Part shown: piece by piece, positions 23,174 to 36,555 of the stretch
How positions within the stretch are numbered: the stretch's first letter is position 1
How the letters are laid out: every line of letters begins with the position of its first letter
Assembly (NCBI RefSeq): GCF_001194135.2
Contig: NC_068983.1
Location: 14,608,794-14,672,793, forward strand
Direction of reading: 5' to 3'
DNA: 64,000 bases
Source: Octopus bimaculoides
Lineage: Eukaryota
Program-made: the position numbers and the translations under genes
The notes under the pieces: model-generated
Databases searched by the model: none
The model's input: the letters and a program-made list of their open reading frames with translations, nothing else
What the model was told of the DNA's origin: nothing

Positions 23174-24208
23174 ACTTCTGCAAAACCATCTGCTCGTCTT
23201 ATAGGTAACCGGATATGCGTGCTGTATGCGTGCAGGTGAATATTTGAGCGTTTCAATATTTTCTACATTTTATTTTTCATAGTCACATACAATGAAACAT
23301 TATATTCGCTCATTCGATTTTTTCATTAGACGGATAGATGTCTATAGGCAACGAAACTTCACAATCATATATCACACTTAGGCTGTCATAATAAAATCGA
23401 TTATAGACACTTCCCAATTTATTATACAATATATTCTACCAGTATATCTTATGAGGGAAGGAATGAATTCCAGTCACTAGATTTTGATGATAAAAGAGAC
23501 TGCAGCTAAATTTATCGCTATTATTAAAGTCAGTATTTAGATATTAATAGCTTTCTTCCATACTCAATGTATACACTTAATTTTAGGATATATATATCTA
23601 TGTATATGTATGTATATGCGTGTGTATTGAAAGAAATATATGAGCAAATATGTATCAAGCAGCTATACATTCACAGAGAAAAACACGCAAACGTGTGAGT
23701 GTGTGTGTGCCTGTTTGTGTTGAAGAAAAGACTAGCATTTCATCGCCAGTAAGTTTAATCACTGCATGAAGAAATAGACAGAACGATAATTGTGTCATAC
23801 ACTTCATTATTCCGTCATCTGTTTAATATAAATCTTTGCTTTAACTCTGTACGTCATCCTTGTATTCTGAGACACCAAATCTAACACCATACGAAATAGT
23901 ATGCATTAGTATTATTATTATTCAACATCTTACGAGGAAGTTTTGTATGGCAATTCTCCTGTGAAACAGGGGCCAAATCTCTTTGAGACCACACTATTGT
24001 CTCCTAAGTAGAGTAATGCGGAGAGACCGAAGGTCGAAATAGAACATCAGTAGTAGAAAATATTCTTTCTCTGCTCCATTCTAGTTCGTTTTCTCTCTGG
24101 AATTGTGAAATGAAGATATTTTACGCATAAAATAAGAAGGAAATTGATTGAGAGTAAACGGGTAGAGGTTTTCACTCTTATTTCAGTTTCCCTTCAATCG
24201 TTCTGGAG

Positions 24209-24425
24209 TACTCTTACTCTTTTACTCTTTTACTTGTTTCAGTCAGTTGAGTGCGGCCATGCTGGAGCACCGCCTTTAGTCGAGCAAATCGACCACAGGA
24301 CTTATTCTTTGGAAGCCTAGTACTTATTCTATCGGTCTGTTTTGCCGAATCACCAAGTTACGGGGACGTAAACACACCACCATCGGTTGTCAAGCGATGT
24401 TGGGGGGACAAACACAGACACACAA

Positions 24426-24504
<79 letters not shown>

Positions 24505-24673
24505 CATATACATATATATGACGGGCTTCTTTCAGTTTCCGTCTACCAAATCCAATCACAAGGCTTTGGTCAGCCCGAGGCTATAGTAGAAGACACTTGC
24601 CCAAGGTGCCATGCAGTGGGAATGAACCCGGAACCATGTGGTTGGTAAGCTAGCTACTTACACACAGCCACTC
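24209..24673 (-). mobile_element. SINE family A, full length
   Basis: As other family A copies; long internal (TA)n. Confidence 0.92.
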
Positions 24674-25441
24674 GTGGATTATAATGAATTACAAACTTGC
24701 ATGAGGGAAGAGACACACGTGGAACGCTAGGGAGAAAAACGGTGGAGACAATGCGGTCCGTTTGAAAAAGGATTAACACTAGCATTTGCATAAACAGTTA
24801 TTTACAAAGCTCGTCTTGGGTTAACATTGAATGTAATTTATTCAGAAGAATTGCAGTGTGAATTTCACCTCAAAATAGATCCATCCTCTTTTATAGCTAA
24901 AACCAAATATTTATATTGGATTCAAATTTCGTAAAATAGCACAACTCTGTGAGATTTATTTCACTAAAAATAGCTGTCTAGATTAAGACCGACAAAAATC
25001 CTACTTCCCTGCAGAGTAAACGCATTTTACTCATCAGTTAAGTAACAGAATGCCGGAGAAGACTACAAATTTATATTCACACCAACGTTAAATAACATCC
25101 ATGAAAAGAATATTGGTGTCCAAATTCCTAATGATATATGTTTGTGTGCCTGTGTGTGTGTGTAACAGCAAGGTCTGAAGGACGCGCATTGTAACAAGAC
25201 ATCTTCGATGCAAATCTGATAAAGCACCTCTCTAATGTCTTAGACCGCAAACATTACGTGATTTTTTTTCATTTAAAATTTTTGCGTTAACTCGCGTTGC
25301 AAATAGATTTGGAAACAATTGTAACTTATAATTAAACAGGTGTTAAATACTTTTCTTCTTCTTCTTCCTTTGATTGGATGATATGTATGTGTATATATAT
25401 ACATATACAAAATAAATAAGGCAGCTATATGCAATATACAA

Positions 25442-25529
25442 CCAAAAAGGAAAAATTCATTTGTCACTAATTATAACTGAGGGTAATATCCGGTATTTCC
25501 ATTCACAATTAGTGACAATTGGATTTTTC

Positions 25530-25569
<40 letters not shown>

Positions 25570-25883
25570 GCTTAGCGGTATTTCGTTTGTCTTTACGTGC
25601 TGAGTTCAAATTCCGCCGAGGTCAACTTTAACGTTCATCATTTCGGGGTCGATAAATTAAGTACCAGTTGCCTACTGGGGTCGATCTAATTGACTGACCC
25701 TCTCACCCAAAATTTCGGGCCTTGTGCCTAGAGTAGAAAAGGATATATATTGCAATAAATACTGAATGACCTGACATTTTATGGCGAAGGTAATCGATCA
25801 TCGATGAATATTGATGAAGAGCAATTTTGTCACTTTTATCCGAGGTCTAAGACGTTGAATTAAACTAGAATAAATATTAATTT
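25442..25883 (+). repeat. local direct duplication, copy 1 (82-bp MITE + 5'-truncated SINE B + unique flank)
   Basis: Aligns end to end with 26082-26499. Confidence 0.92.
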
Positions 25884-26081
25884 CGTTTTTGGATTTGGTT
25901 TGCATGATTTTGTATGTGATTTCGTGTGTTGAAGCATATTCTGTTGTGTCTGGGGAGAGTCATTTTCTTATTGTGCCTTGAAATTTAACACACTCACCGT
26001 TAAAATTTCCACTTGTTTCTTATTTTTATTTTCCTAAAATTTTCGTTGCGTCTTGCAAACTTATCAATAGTCTTGAATGTC
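25884..26081 (-). mobile_element. Penelope-like LTR remnant (family b) between the duplicated blocks
   Basis: Related to 7745-7860; carries TTGATAA-GTTTGC-aagac-GCAAC-GAAAATTTT on the minus strand. PLE call is inference. Confidence 0.5.
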
Positions 26082-26499
26082 CCAAAAAGGAAAAATTCAT
26101 TTGTCACTAATTATAACTGAGGGTAATATCCGGCACCTCCAATCACAATTAGTGACAATTGGATTTTTCCTTATATATATAATGCTTAGCGGTATTTCGC
26201 TTGTCTTTACGTTCTGAGTTCAAATTCCGCCGAGGTCAACTTTGTCTCTCATCCTTTCGGGGGTCAATAAATTAAGTACCAGTTGCCTACTGAGGGTCGA
26301 TCTAATTGACTGTCCCCCTCCCCCAAAATTTCGTGCCTTGTGCCTAGAGTAGAAAAGGATATATATTGCAATAAATACTGAATGACCTGGCATTTTATGG
26401 CGAAGGTAAGGGATCATCGATGAATATTGATGAAGAGCCACCTTGTCACTTTTATTCGAGATCTAAGACGTTGAATTAAACTATAATAAATATTAATTT
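26082..26499 (+). repeat. local direct duplication, copy 2
   Basis: Aligns with 25442-25883; shorter (TA)n. Confidence 0.92.
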
Positions 26500-26803
26500 A
26501 TTTAAGAGAAATTACAGTAGAATATTGCTCTCCTATCTGGGAAGATGCTACTACTGCCAACAGAATCCTACCATGTTGCAAAGAAACCAGGAATTTGGTT
26601 TCATTTCCTTTCCACACTATAAAAGAGCTTTATTTCTTTGAAACAAGAGAGAAGTGTCTTCTCTATAATGAGGCCCAGTCGAACAATCAACCTCTCCTCT
26701 TCTCATACCTTTCTCAACATTTACACTTTCATTTCCCCATTCATTCTTCCAACGGGACACGCCCATATTATTATTTTTTTTCTTTGTATATATTATACTA
26801 CAG

Positions 26804-26852
26804 GCGTTCAACCTGTTACATTAAACCAACTAGTGTTGGAGACCTAGCAAAG
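26804..26852 (+). CDS. candidate internal exon (phase 2 to 0, RSTCYIKPTSVGDLAK)
   Basis: T-rich tract + ctacag acceptor; AAG|gtgaca donor; one open frame, compatible with exon 4337-4365. No homology. Confidence 0.2.
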
Positions 26853-27780
26853 GTGACAGGCACTATATTTTCTCTTCTGTCTAGATTTAAACATATAATT
26901 ACTGCAAACAATAAAAAAAAGTAAACGATTGTGTTTTGTTATTGTTGTGTTTGAAATTATACAGTTTTTCAGGTTAGCTTTAACAACATTTCATTTTACT
27001 TCCTTAACCTCGGCTAAAATTCAAATTAAATGAGGATTATATTTGTATTTTTCAAACAAAGAATTATTTTGTAAAAGGGTTATATTATTTTGTTTTCATG
27101 TTTACTATTTATAATTCTTATTATGAAAATGTTGCTGTGTTTTATAATTTACTGTTACAGACAAACAAACACTGCAAATACGAGTATATATTAATAAAAT
27201 TAAAATACAAAGACAATAATACTTACAGAAACGCTACAGATGGTTCTCCCAGAGGAATAGATGGAGAGAGAAAGAGAGAGAGAGAAACAATAAGAGGAAG
27301 ATAGTAAGAGAGAGAAGGAGAGCCAGTCGAAGAGAGCGTGGCAAAGGGAAAAAATATAGAGAGATGGTGAGAGAATGAGAGAGACAAAACAAAGAAGAAA
27401 GAGAAAGACAAAGAGTAAAAGATAGTGTGAGAAACAGTGAAAAAAGGAAGAGAAAAGACCGGAGTGACTGAAAGGGAGAATGAAAGAAGATGGAGAGAGA
27501 GAGAGAGAGCGAGAGCGAGAGAGAGAACTCAAAGAAGAGCCAAAACGTTCGTGTTCTTTATACTTCGCGATGTAAAAATATTACACTTATTGGTTACGGT
27601 TTCGAACTGAACCATAAAGTTTCTTCATTGCTTTCTGACTCTCAGACTGACAATGGTTTGCAAATCATTAGAGACCAAGTGGTCTATCTATTTACCTTTC
27701 TATAGCTAGATATATAGATAAATAAATAGAGTCGTGAACAGACCAGATTCGAGAGAAACTGAAAGTAGTCAACTTGTAAC

Positions 27781-28202
27781 GTATTGGTTTAGAATTTTGG
27801 ACCAGGGCCAAATATTTTGAAGGAGGTGGTTAATCGATTAACTACCAGTGCTCAACTGTTACTAATTTCATCAATCCCTAGAAGAGATGAAAGGCAAGGT
27901 CAACCTCGGCGGAATTTGAATTCTGTACGTGAAGCCGGATGAAATGCCTCTAAGCATTTTGATTTGTGCCCTAACGATTCTTTCTCCTTTTTTTTTTACT
28001 CAAGGCACAAGGCCCGAAACTTTAAGGGAGGGGACCAGTCGACTAGATCGACTCCAGTACGCAACTGGTACTTAATTTATCAACCTCGAAGAGATGAAAG
28101 GCAAAGTCGACCTCGGTGGAATTTGAACTGAGACTGTAAAGACAGACTAAATACCGCTAGGCATTTCGCCTGGCGTGCTAACGATTCTTCCAGCCCGCCA
28201 CC
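27781..28202 (-). mobile_element. two tandem SINE family B copies (tail type 2 at 27781-27980, type 1 at 27995-28202)
   Basis: Each has head, B-box (gaatttgaa) and core aaggcaa(a/g)gtc(g/a)acctcgg. Confidence 0.88.
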
Positions 28203-28407
28203 TTATACTTTGTGATATATTAAATATACTTATCCACTCTAGCTAAGGTACATTTGGGTTACCACAACTGAAATAACTAACTTTTCTCTGTGCAAGATAT
28301 GAGTAGGGTTCAACTCATTTTAATTAGATACTAATGATCAATGACGGTTCAATCAGTCGACTGTATATATCCGCATGAAAAAGATACGCATGAGAATATT
28401 AAAACAC

Positions 28408-28710
28408 CGCTGACGAAATCGTTAGCGCAGCAGACAAAATGCTGAGCATCATTTCTATGGTAGCAAGCCAGCAAAATCGTTAGCTAGCGGAACAAAAAGA
28501 TGAACGTTATTTCCAAAGAGGTGATGAGTTGGTAAAATCGTTACCATGTCGGACAAAATCTTTAGCAGAGATTTTTACGTTCTGAGTTCAAGTTTGCCTG
28601 TCATCTCTTCATAGCCGGTCAAATAATATGCCAGACATGTGGTGGGGACGATTTAATAGAGTAATGCCCGACTCCTAAAACTTGTGTGAAAATTTGAAAC
28701 CATTGTTATA
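28408..28710 (+). mobile_element. old SINE family B with triplicated head
   Basis: Three aatcgtta...attt units before a single B-box gagttcaag. Confidence 0.65.
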
Positions 28711-29887
28711 TTCCACACGTAATCCTCCCCACTTCCCAATAAATGCGCAAAATCATAGATTTTCAATGAATACGTGTATTTAACAATGCCTAGCGTAATT
28801 TGTCATATTGTTTATATCCTATATAATAGTAAAAGTTGAATGTTTTTCAAAATTAGATGCCTTTACAGACTTCAGCTTCTACCAAAAGTCACGTAGCGAT
28901 ATTTACAATCGGCACAATCTATGCTGCTGAGGAAAATATAATTCATGATAAGTAGTTAGCTGAAGTAGATTGCGAGATAAGAAATACAAACACAATGATA
29001 CATAAATCAAATATTATCACTTCATGGGTAATTGATCTCTTCAGCGTGAAACGTTGCAACACTTATGTAAAATTTCAGATACAACTCAACTGCATTTTAC
29101 ATCTATCCAGAGAAGAGAGTGTGGAGTGGAGTTGATGCAGGAAATATAGATGTTTATCGAGAGAAGTTTACGGTAGCATAATGATAGAGAAGGGTAACTG
29201 AAAATATGTATCGTTATATTAATGATTATGTCATAACAGTCATTAAATAATTTTAATTACTTCATCCCTTCATCCTTACGTCATCAACTGCCGAGCATGA
29301 ATAACTGTCGTTCCTTTATCAAGTCCAGACTTTTTCTTTTAGGATGATGCATTCCTCGAACATAGGATCATTACAAATGTGATGATACTTTAAACTGAAC
29401 GAATGAAGTTCCCAGTCGTTACACTGTTTGCGTTTGTCATTGTAGTTTGTTTCATAATACAGAGACAAAACACCAGGACATAAAAAAAACAAAAACAAAA
29501 AACTTTCAGTTATGTCCCTTCGTTGTCTGACTTCAAATCAACTTACATCCATTTCGGACATTCAGTCTCCTTTGACCAATAAAACTTATATTAATGAAAC
29601 ACTGCATCTGTGGAATGAATTGATATTACTCCTTCCTTGCGTCCGTGTGTTTTGTACCATTCTTTAGAAATTGTAAAATCAATTAATCTGACGAATGAGT
29701 CCCTACGCATCTTTTTGTGTTCTAAAGACAGCAATTGAATTTCTCACAAATCACATTCTACTATATTTAATATAAATATTAAAACGGTAGGAAACATTGA
29801 ACAATATACAAAAGAACGTGATGACCCTACCTAGAACGTCTTGGAATTTAAATCTGATTGAGCAGGGCTTATAGGGATTAATCAGTC

Positions 29888-30098
29888 ATAATAATACTTT
29901 CTACTTAAGGGCAAAAGGGCTGAAATTTTGTGGTAAAGCCCAATTGACTACATCAACTTTAGTGCTCAACTGGTACTTAATTTATAAATTCCAAAATGAT
30001 AAATGGTAAAGTCGACTTTGGCAGAATCTTATCTTACAATGCAAATAGCTGGAAGAAATGCTGCTGAATATTGTCTGGCGTATGAAGAATTCTGTGAG
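29888..30098 (-). mobile_element. old SINE family B
   Basis: ataatactttctac tail; ctggtacttaattta core; aaagtcgactttggcagaat. Confidence 0.75.
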
Positions 30099-30191
30099 CC
30101 TAAAGAAAAGAACATATTTAGATTGCTTTGTCATTTGCATATTAAAAAAAATTTAAAAACTTACATCTGTAAGAAGTTTGTTTCCCGACTA

Positions 30192-30315
30192 CATAGTTCC
30201 TGGTTCAGTTTCACTGCGTGGTACCTTGGGCGATTGTTTTTTCTATAGCCTTGGGAAGACCAAAGCCTTGTTAGTGGATTTGGTAGACGGAAACTGGAAG
30301 AAGCCCGTCGTATGT
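30192..30315 (+). mobile_element. SINE family A 5' half running into (TA)n and a gap
   Basis: ggttcagtttcactgcgtggtaccttggg...gacggaaactggaagaagcccgtcg. Confidence 0.85.
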
Positions 30316-30325
30316 TTGTATGTCG

Positions 30326-30366
<41 letters not shown>

Positions 30367-31313
30367 NNNNNNNNNNNNNNNNNNNNNNNNNNNNNNNNNN
30401 NNNNNNNNNNNNNNNNNNNNNNNNNNNNNNNNNNNNNNNNNNNNNNNNNNNNNNNNNNNNNNNNNNNNNNNNNNNNNNNNNNNNNNNNNNNNNNNNNNNN
30501 NNNNNNNNNNNNNNNNNNNNNNNNNNNNNNNNNNNNNNNNNNNNNNNNNNNNNNNNNNNNNNNNNNNNNNNNNNNNNNNNNNNNNNNNNNNNNNNNNNNN
30601 NNNNNNNNNNNNNNNNNNNNNNNNNNNNNNNNNNNNNNNNNNNNNNNNNNNNNNNNNNNNNNNNNNNNNNNNNNNNNNNNNNNNNNNNNNNNNNNNNNNN
30701 NNNNNNNNNNNNNNNNNNNNNNNNNNNNNNNNNNNNNNNNNNNNNNNNNNNNNNNNNNNNNNNNNNNNNNNNNNNNNNNNNNNNNNNNNNNNNNNNNNNN
30801 NNNNNNNNNNNNNNNNNNNNNNNNNNNNNNNNNNNNNNNNNNNNNNNNNNNNNNNNNNNNNNNNNNNNNNNNNNNNNNNNNNNNNNNNNNNNNNNNNNNN
30901 NNNNNNNNNNNNNNNNNNNNNNNNNNNNNNNNNNNNNNNNNNNNNNNNNNNNNNNNNNNNNNNNNNNNNNNNNNNNNNNNNNNNNNNNNNNNNNNNNNNN
31001 NNNNNNNNNNNNNNNNNNNNNNNNNNNNNNNNNNNNNNNNNNNNNNNNNNNNNNNNNNNNNNNNNNNNNNNNNNNNNNNNNNNNNNTGTCTGTAATCCGT
31101 TACAGCACTTACCTAGTCTACCTGGTCGTTTAGATCGCCTGTGAACTAAACCCCCATATTTTGTCTTGGTTCTTTTCCCTAAAACTATATACTTATATTT
31201 TATACTGTGAAACTTAATTTAATTTTAATTTTTAATAAATTGAATTTAATTTAGTTTTTACCTCTAAATCTGGATTTTTACACTTGTGCGTACAGACACA
31301 CACGTTTGTTTTG

Positions 31314-31352
<39 letters not shown>

Positions 31353-31951
31353 ATATATACGTTGGGGCCGGGCGAACGTATGTCTCTAATAGAATAACAG
31401 GTGATGAAAGGAATAATCCTGAAACATCTTGAGTTTCTGCATACTATATTCAGACAAATGTATACACATTCGGCTTGTGTTTATATAATCGTTTCAAAAT
31501 TTGCTTTTCTTGCAGTAGTAGATTCAAAAGGCTTATAATAAAACGAAATTCTAGCTACGGCTAACGAATCCTTTTCTCTAGACATATGGAACCTAAACCT
31601 ACATTATTCAGTGTGTTTCGAAGAACACTATTAACGTGTGATTTGAGTGAAAATTGTCCGCTGTTTCTATTATGTCAAAAAAGCACATTGAGGCTTCTTG
31701 ATTGATAACCGGTAAAACATCAGGCATTCATATAGTATTTAGAAAAAACTGGTGACACACATAGGCAATCGTTAGTGCCTTAATGTTTTAATAAGTTTTT
31801 TTTTTTTACCTTTGTATATATATATATATATATATATAAACTGAAAAACAAATAGAAATAAAGGTTTTTTTAAAATTTCGGTTTCATTTTNNNNNNNNNN
31901 NNNNNNNNNNNNNNNNNNNNNNNNNNNNNNNNNNNNNNNNNNNNNNNNNNN

Positions 31952-31997
<46 letters not shown>

Positions 31998-33102
31998 TCG
32001 TTAGTAATGCAAAAATGAAAGAGAAAGAAAATATTGTGAAACGATGAGAGAATGTTCACTGTCCTTAGACACAATGAAATAGTAATACTGTCAGATAACT
32101 GGGCTTAAATAGTTCAACTGTACAAGGTATTCCACATTGCTAGCAGTATGAAGGGCAGGTTGGTAAACTAGCTATCCTCGAACCCCTGAGACATGTTAGA
32201 CAACGGTGGACTGGGCTCAGTCGGAAGAAGGGAAGAAAGCGCGAGGCCACTCGTGTATTAAGAAGCTAACCTTAACTGAGCAGTATTGTTAAGTAGGGGA
32301 CTCTTTAATCACCCCGTATATTGCATTGAATTTATTTTCAAACTCCTTTATAAATCACCTTCATTTACCAAATATTTCAACCAAATTTTTGGCTTATTGA
32401 ATAGAAATTCAGCTTTCAGAAGAGAAATTGAAAGTGCATCTGTTTTATATTGAATTTAATGTTTTCAAACATGCGCGTTCCATTTGACCTCAGCGTTAAT
32501 TCTTCTGTTCGCGAGAAGTTTAAAATTCCGAATCTATCTCAGGGAATACATTCATATTTTCAAATTTACAAATAATGCTGATAAACTCTGAATTTATTCA
32601 AGATTTTTTTTGATTGGAGTTATTTTAGAAATAGCAAATTTTGAACACTGATAGTTGCAGGAAGGACATTTAGAGATGATTTGGAGTAATAAAGAATATT
32701 TTTAAACTGCAAGTTTAAATATATATTTTTAGCAGGTGAAGTTTTATGGGGATTTAAATAGAATTATAATTCAAGATTAATTCGAAAATAAATATAGCTT
32801 ATCGACTGAAATTAAAATATCTTGTAACCTAATTTTATATCAAGTTCGACATTAAAGATAAATGCAAATGATTATCGTTTAGTTTTATAAACTTGCAATT
32901 TAAATGACAAATAAACGGTGAATTAATCTTGACTAAATTCGCTTTATTTCATTTTGTGTGTAACATTGGATATAATATTAGAGGGAACGAATGAAATGGC
33001 TTAGAAAGAAATGGAAGAAAACGTTTAATTCTGCAGTAAAAATTCCACCCCGAGACCTGGAAATATTAATACATCACACAATATAATTGTAAAACATATT
33101 TA

Positions 33103-33277
33103 GGAATGGCAGTGTGCTAAGGGGCTTTCGTTTGAATGACATGGATTCTGGTTCTGTCCTACTGCGTAGCAACTTATGTACGTGTCTTCTGATATAAACT
33201 CAGGCAGAGCAAAGCTTTGCGAATGGGTTAGGTAGACGGAAACTGATAGGCACCCTCTTTGTGTGTGTATATATATA

Positions 33278-33309
<32 letters not shown>

Positions 33310-33706
33310 NNNNNNNNNNNNNNNNNNNNNNNNNNNNNNNNNNNNNNNNNNNNNNNNNNNNNNNNNNNNNNNNNNNNNNNNNNNNNNNNNNNNNNNNNNN
33401 NNNNNNNNNNNNNNNNNNNNNNNNNNNNNNNNNNNNNNNNNNNNNNNNNNNNNNNNNNNNNNNNNNNNNNNNNNNNNNNNNNNNNNNNNNNNNNNNNNNN
33501 NNNNNNNNNNNNNNNNNNNNNNNNNNNNNNNNNTATATATATATATATATGTATATCTATATGCGTGTATGCATGCGTGTGTGTATTTCTGTATGCGTTT
33601 GCCCCCTTCCTCCACTTGACAGCTGGTATTAGTTTACTTGTGTCCTCGTAACTTAGTGGTGCAGGAGCGTCACCACAGTCTAATGACTGAAACAAGTAAA
33701 AGATAA
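33103..33706 (+). mobile_element. old SINE family A spanning a gap
   Basis: Degenerate head, ggtagacggaaactga, and tail cacagtctaatgactgaaacaagtaaaag. Confidence 0.75.
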
Positions 33707-33744
33707 ACGACAAATAAAACGAAAGACAATGATGATGTACTTAC

Positions 33745-33785
33745 GTGGAATGTAAACCTGCTAGACATAGCTGTTACAACCACTC
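33745..33785 (-). CDS. candidate minus-strand exon (phase 1 to 0, VVVTAMSSRFTFH)
   Basis: gtgtttcag acceptor and CAC|gtaagt donor; only one frame open. No homology established. Confidence 0.25.
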
Positions 33786-34415
33786 CTGAAACACATACTG
33801 GTGTCTCATGAAAGAAAACACATCGATTGATATGATACTAGTTACATTACAATTGGGAAAAAATCCGCATAGTCATTTATGAGTCGGTTTTATCTTTTTA
33901 CCTATGTCTTTCCAATAACAGATTGTATGAGAGAAAACAACAGCAACAACAAACCTACAGTAACCCAGTTATCAAATATTAAGTCTAAGCAGCTATCGTT
34001 TCTAATTCACTCTTGGTTATAACTGCGTGACACAAATATAAACTGCGTTTTCTTGCCCTATCAAATCCAAGATGAGCAACTCTGGCCCGTCGTCAGACAT
34101 TCGTGCCTGGGATGCTTCAGGATATTCTGGGTAGGCACTAATTTGTATTACAGGAAAATTTTTGTAAACTGCATTTTCTAAATCTGTGGGTGCACCATTG
34201 AACTGTGAAGAAGCATGCCGTCCAGTGCACTCCCTTAGCAACGGTCATGTTAGTCAGGCTTCATGGAATGTATTGCAAGAAGGTTTTTATAAACTCTATT
34301 TCCAAAATTTGAGGGCGCATTATTGACAGTTCAGTGCCACTCAGTACCCCACACGTTAGAGACTTATTTGACCTCACTTCAGAAACCCATTATCAATCAA
34401 TCTGTCTAAAAATGT

Positions 34416-34628
34416 TGCTGTGTCGATGCCCCCAGGCGAAGAAGTAGGATCTCCCAAGACAGAGGTAGTCTGGTCGTGTTAGGAGAGTTGATTAGCAGTC
34501 GAGTAGCAGTTGTGTAGAGGTTGAGTAGAGATCATCCGAAGGTGCTAGATAGCAGTAGCGTTGAGATATAACAATGGTGACAAGGATGAGATGCTCATAC
34601 AGCCACTGGTAGTATTTGAGACATAACA
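34416..34628 (-). mobile_element. solo-LTR/TRIM-like element, copy 3, with duplicated 5' terminus
   Basis: Reverse complement of copies 1 and 2 over 34416-34573; second ttgagacataaca terminus ending at 34628; flanks AATGT/AATTT (4 of 5 match). Confidence 0.7.
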
Positions 34629-35656
34629 AATTTTCATTAATTTTGGGCCACAATCTAGATCTTCATTATTTCTAAAACTGCCTTTATTATTAGTGCTGTT
34701 TCTAAGTACAAAGTCAATCTTAATGAAATACAGCTACGACGAAACGCATTCCAGTTTTAGTGAAGCCATATCGTTTCATACATGCTATACTGTGGGTTAC
34801 ATTGTCCAATTTGACATTCCAGTTCCAATAGGCAACTCTACCACGTGAGGTTGATGTATATGTTTTGGATGCTATTCTCTTAGAAGTCAGGCAATAAAGT
34901 AGAGGCTCCTTCGTCGGCTCGTTGTAGTAGTTACTTTTGATTACGTAACTCTCCATAGTTGAAACCGAAGAGAAAGCGAACTAACTGTACTTAACATTGC
35001 TATTTTTGACTGTTGGTTGAAGAGAAAAAAACCCCATCTTATATCAATATCAGACTAACTATAAATAAGTACATCTCATTGTGTCTCATTCACAATTATC
35101 TCTTTTTATGTATGAATTTTTCAAGCTTTCACGAAGTAATCTATCGTGTTGTCTATACTAGATGTGTAAATATAGATATCGATAAAACGGTTGGTCCTTT
35201 TATATAAACACCTATACAAGTACATATGCGTGCCCACGTGTGTGTGTATTTACATACACCTACAAATACGTGAGTATATACTCATAGACACTACACATAT
35301 ATATGTAGTATATATAGATATATATTTAAATACATATATGGTATATATGTATGCATATGTATGCTGGCATGAATATATATATGTGTGTGTGTGTGTGCAT
35401 GTGTGTGTGTGTGTGTGTGTATGTATGTGTGTGTATGTGTGTGTGTGTGTGTGTGTTTGTATGTTTCAAATGCTACTTATAACTGAGTTGACGTCATCAT
35501 ATGTATGCATACATACCAATGCACATACCTATATACACAAACACACGTGCATATATGTGTATATATAAACATATGTGCATATGTGCGTGTACATATACAT
35601 ATATATATATATGTGTATATATGTATATATATATGTATAGATAAATAAATAAATAA

Positions 35657-35694
<38 letters not shown>

Positions 35695-36312
35695 GTATTA
35701 TGTATATGTATTAGACTTATATATACATATATCTATATATGTCTATATTATCAATGGAAAGATAATATAGTCTAAACATAATGTGATCAGAAATATAACA
35801 CGAAAAGGAAGACAAATTGAATGCAAACAAACTATAAGATTAGAGGAACTCAAAGCATAAACGATCGTAGTTAAACAAATAATTCACTGCAAGTGAACAA
35901 AACAAAATGGTGATTTAATTACAGCACAAACAATTTCTTACGTATTATTCAATGCCACACAAAAATAACCATCCCAACAGACAAACGGCAAACATTAAAT
36001 ATATAGCAGGATATAAATAAAGACACTGTTAAGGGTACTCACCCTCATTTTCTCTATCACGCTCTCTCAGATGTTTAATTTTGCACACACACACACATAC
36101 ATACACATACATTCCCTCTCATATATATACATATGTGTGTATATATGAATGTATATATGTGTATACATGTACGTGTATATTTAATTATACATTCATATAC
36201 ATATAATTTTGGATATAGATATATGTGCATATATATGTATATATATATATATCTATATATATAATTATATGTGGGTCTGTGTATGTGCATGTGTCTGCAT
36301 GCGTGTGCATGT

Positions 36313-36345
<33 letters not shown>

Positions 36346-36476
36346 AATACATACACACACTAAGCGATCGATATGTCTGCGATTTATTTTTAAATTAAAC
36401 TTAGATGTAGGTGGTGGTCAGATGTAGATGATGATGATAACAACAAAACAACACCAATAACTATAATGATGATCAT

Positions 36477-36480
<4 letters not shown>

Positions 36481-36555
<75 letters not shown>
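36481..36555. repeat. (TAA)n microsatellite
   Basis: Direct reading. Confidence 0.97.

Noticed and set aside
34060-34260. Gypsy integrase zinc-binding-like text (TLARRQTFVPGMLQDIL) near the LTR-like copy
   Set aside because: Only a loose resemblance, with stops, and on the opposite strand to the LTR; ORF 34017-34241 is also unrecognisable.
34720-34956. 78-aa ATG-started minus-strand ORF
   Set aside because: No motif, homology or splice support; within chance length.
35489-35496. TGACGTCA CRE site
   Set aside because: Isolated inside a microsatellite-rich tract; expected by chance.
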